From assembly GCA_038087875.1 (NCBI GenBank), contig CM075988.1:27592001-27656000 (forward strand): a stretch of DNA of 64,000 bases. Reading direction: 5' to 3'. The position numbers were made by a program, and so were the translations under genes. Positions 62,001-64,000 of the stretch are shown piece by piece. The notes under the pieces are model-generated. The model had not been told where the DNA came from and searched no databases. It was given only the letters and a program-made list of their open reading frames with translations. The number at the start of each line of letters is the position of its first letter. The first letter of the stretch is position 1. The stretch comes from Malacoraja senta. Lineage: Eukaryota.

Positions 62001-64000
62001 ATTGAATTTTTTTTCGATTGCTGTAACCAGCTGAAAAGGAGATTGTCTTGTGCACAAGAGCTCCACTGCCCACATGATGGAGGTCCACTCACCTCATTGA
62101 AGGCACATGTGCTTATTGATGTCAACCTTGAACTTCAAACTTGATTATTCATTTTCCACCATGTGGCATTGATGACTTGTTAGCAACTGCCATTCATGGA
62201 AAGCATACGATTCTCTGAGTTAGTGCAAACCATATCACATTGGGCTGAAAGAAATGGGGTGAACCATTTTCCATATTAAAAGCCAAAAAAAATGAAGAAT
62301 TAAATGAATTTGGCTGGAATTTGTGTTATACCTGGAATGATCATGCATCTGAATGGGTTAACTCGAAACACACTTGTTATTTGGTCCCAAGCCTCATTTG
62401 TGGACCTTGTTTATAGGCCTGCCCCTTGTTAGCAGTGGAATTAAATTTCAAATAGCTCGGGTAGGTACTATAATTGAGGGGAAGTGATGATCAAGGAGGA
62501 AGCTGATTCTTTGTTCAGTTAAGTGTTTATGTTAAGAATTTTTGAATGTAGATATCAATAGTAGAGTCATAGTGTAATACATTGTCGAAACAGGCCCTTC
62601 GGCCCAACTCGCCCACACTGGCCAACAATGTCCCAGCTACCCTAGTCCCACTTGCTTGCGCTTGGTCCATAACCCTCCAAACCTGTCCTATCCATGTACT
62701 CGTCCAACTATTTCTTAAACGATGGGATAGTCCCAGCCTCAACTACCTCCTCTGGCAGCTTGTTCCATACACCTACCACCGTCTGTGTGAAAAGGTTAAC
62801 CCTCTGATTCCTATCTTTTCCCCTTCACCTTGAACCTATGTCCTCTGGTCCTCGATTCCCCTACTCTGGGTAAAAGACTCTGTGCAACTACCCGATCAAT
62901 TCCTCTCATGATTTTGTATATAAGATCTCCCTGTATCCTCCTATGCTCCATGGAATTGAGACCCAGCCTACTCAACCTCTTTTATATAGTTCACAACCTC
63001 TAGTCCTGGCAACTTCCTCGTAAATCTTTTCTGACCCTTTCAAGCTTGACAATATCTTTCCTATAACATGGTGCCCAGAACTGAACACAATATTCTTTTT
63101 TTAATTTTTATTTTTCATTAATTCTTTTATTAGAAGTATTGTACAGTACAGTGATCTCAAACAAACATAAAATTATACATTTCTTGTACCACTTCTTATT
63201 TTAAACTTTAATAAGAAAAAGGATAGAAAGAGTTAGCAAAGATAGTAAGTGAGTGATTGAAAGAGTGGTCCAGGAACAGCCATAGGGACCTAAACCACAA
63301 GAAAGAGTTAAACAAAAGAGAAAAACCAAAAGAAGGAAAAATAAAAAAAAAGTAAGATAAGACAAGATAAAAGGGATGTACCTACTTCATATCTTTACAC
63401 ACCCCTCACCAGGTCCTGAAACCATTTATTATCAACATTTTGTTGCACCCTATATTTGTAATAAGTCGGTAAATGGAGACCAAATCTTTTGGAAATGGTC
63501 TGGTTTACTTGCTAAGAGGAATCTCATATCTTGTAGGTGTAACAGTTCCGACATATTAGAAATCCACATTTTTGTCGTTGGCGGGGAGCGTTTTTCCAAA
63601 ATTTCAGTATAATTTTTTTTGCCGTTATTAAGCCATAATTAAGAAAGCTCCTTTGAAACGAAGTCAGCTCCAAACTGGCTTCGATTGTTCAAAAAATGAT
63701 CAGTTCTGCATTCGGTTTCAGTTTTATTTTAAATAATTTCGTGAAAATGTCAAAGATTTCATTCCAAATTTTTGAATTTTAATACAAAAAACAAAAGAAT
63801 GTGCTATATTTGCTTCTTGGGTTAGACATTTATCACAGATAGAAGAGACATTTGGGTAAAATTTACTTATTTTAGCTTTTGAATAGTATAATCTATGTAA
63901 GATTTTGAATTGAATTAGAATGTGTCTTACGTTAATCGAGCATTTATGCACATATAACAAGTGTTTATCCCAACTCTCTTTCGAGATTTTTATAGCTAGT
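59003..64000 (+). repeat. Near-identical duplicate of 35103-40100 (includes Rex1 fragments, a CR1 piece and the L1 3' end from 63097)
   Basis: Begins exactly at the end of the gap; only two differences noticed by eye (39379 C vs 63279 G; 39443 T vs 63343 A). Confidence 0.95.

Overview
Eukaryotic, AT-rich, repeat-dense vertebrate DNA. The repeat repertoire (V-SINE/HE1-like SINEs, Deu-domain SINEs, CR1, Rex1/Babar, fish-type L1, Penelope remnants) suggests a cartilaginous fish such as a skate or ray; this is inference. The main features are: two full-length, related Ty3/Gypsy LTR retrotransposons (2071-6769 minus; 19810-24545 plus, with LTRs differing at 1 of 204 nt); an internally deleted Gypsy element with a tRNA-Trp PBS, non-CA LTR ends and an atypical 17-bp target duplication (14856-16710); a Vingi-like LINE; a Rex1/Babar LINE; CR1 and L1 copies; PIF/Harbinger and hAT MITEs; and many Penelope-derived terminal repeats carrying minimal hammerhead ribozyme motifs. 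One likely host-gene element is a CpG island with a probable first coding exon (32163-32317, plus strand, gene not identified). After a 200-N gap, 59003-64000 is a near-perfect copy of 35103-40100 and is probably an assembly false duplication. No rRNA, tRNA gene or CRISPR array was seen. Family assignments come from motif recognition only; no database searches were run.
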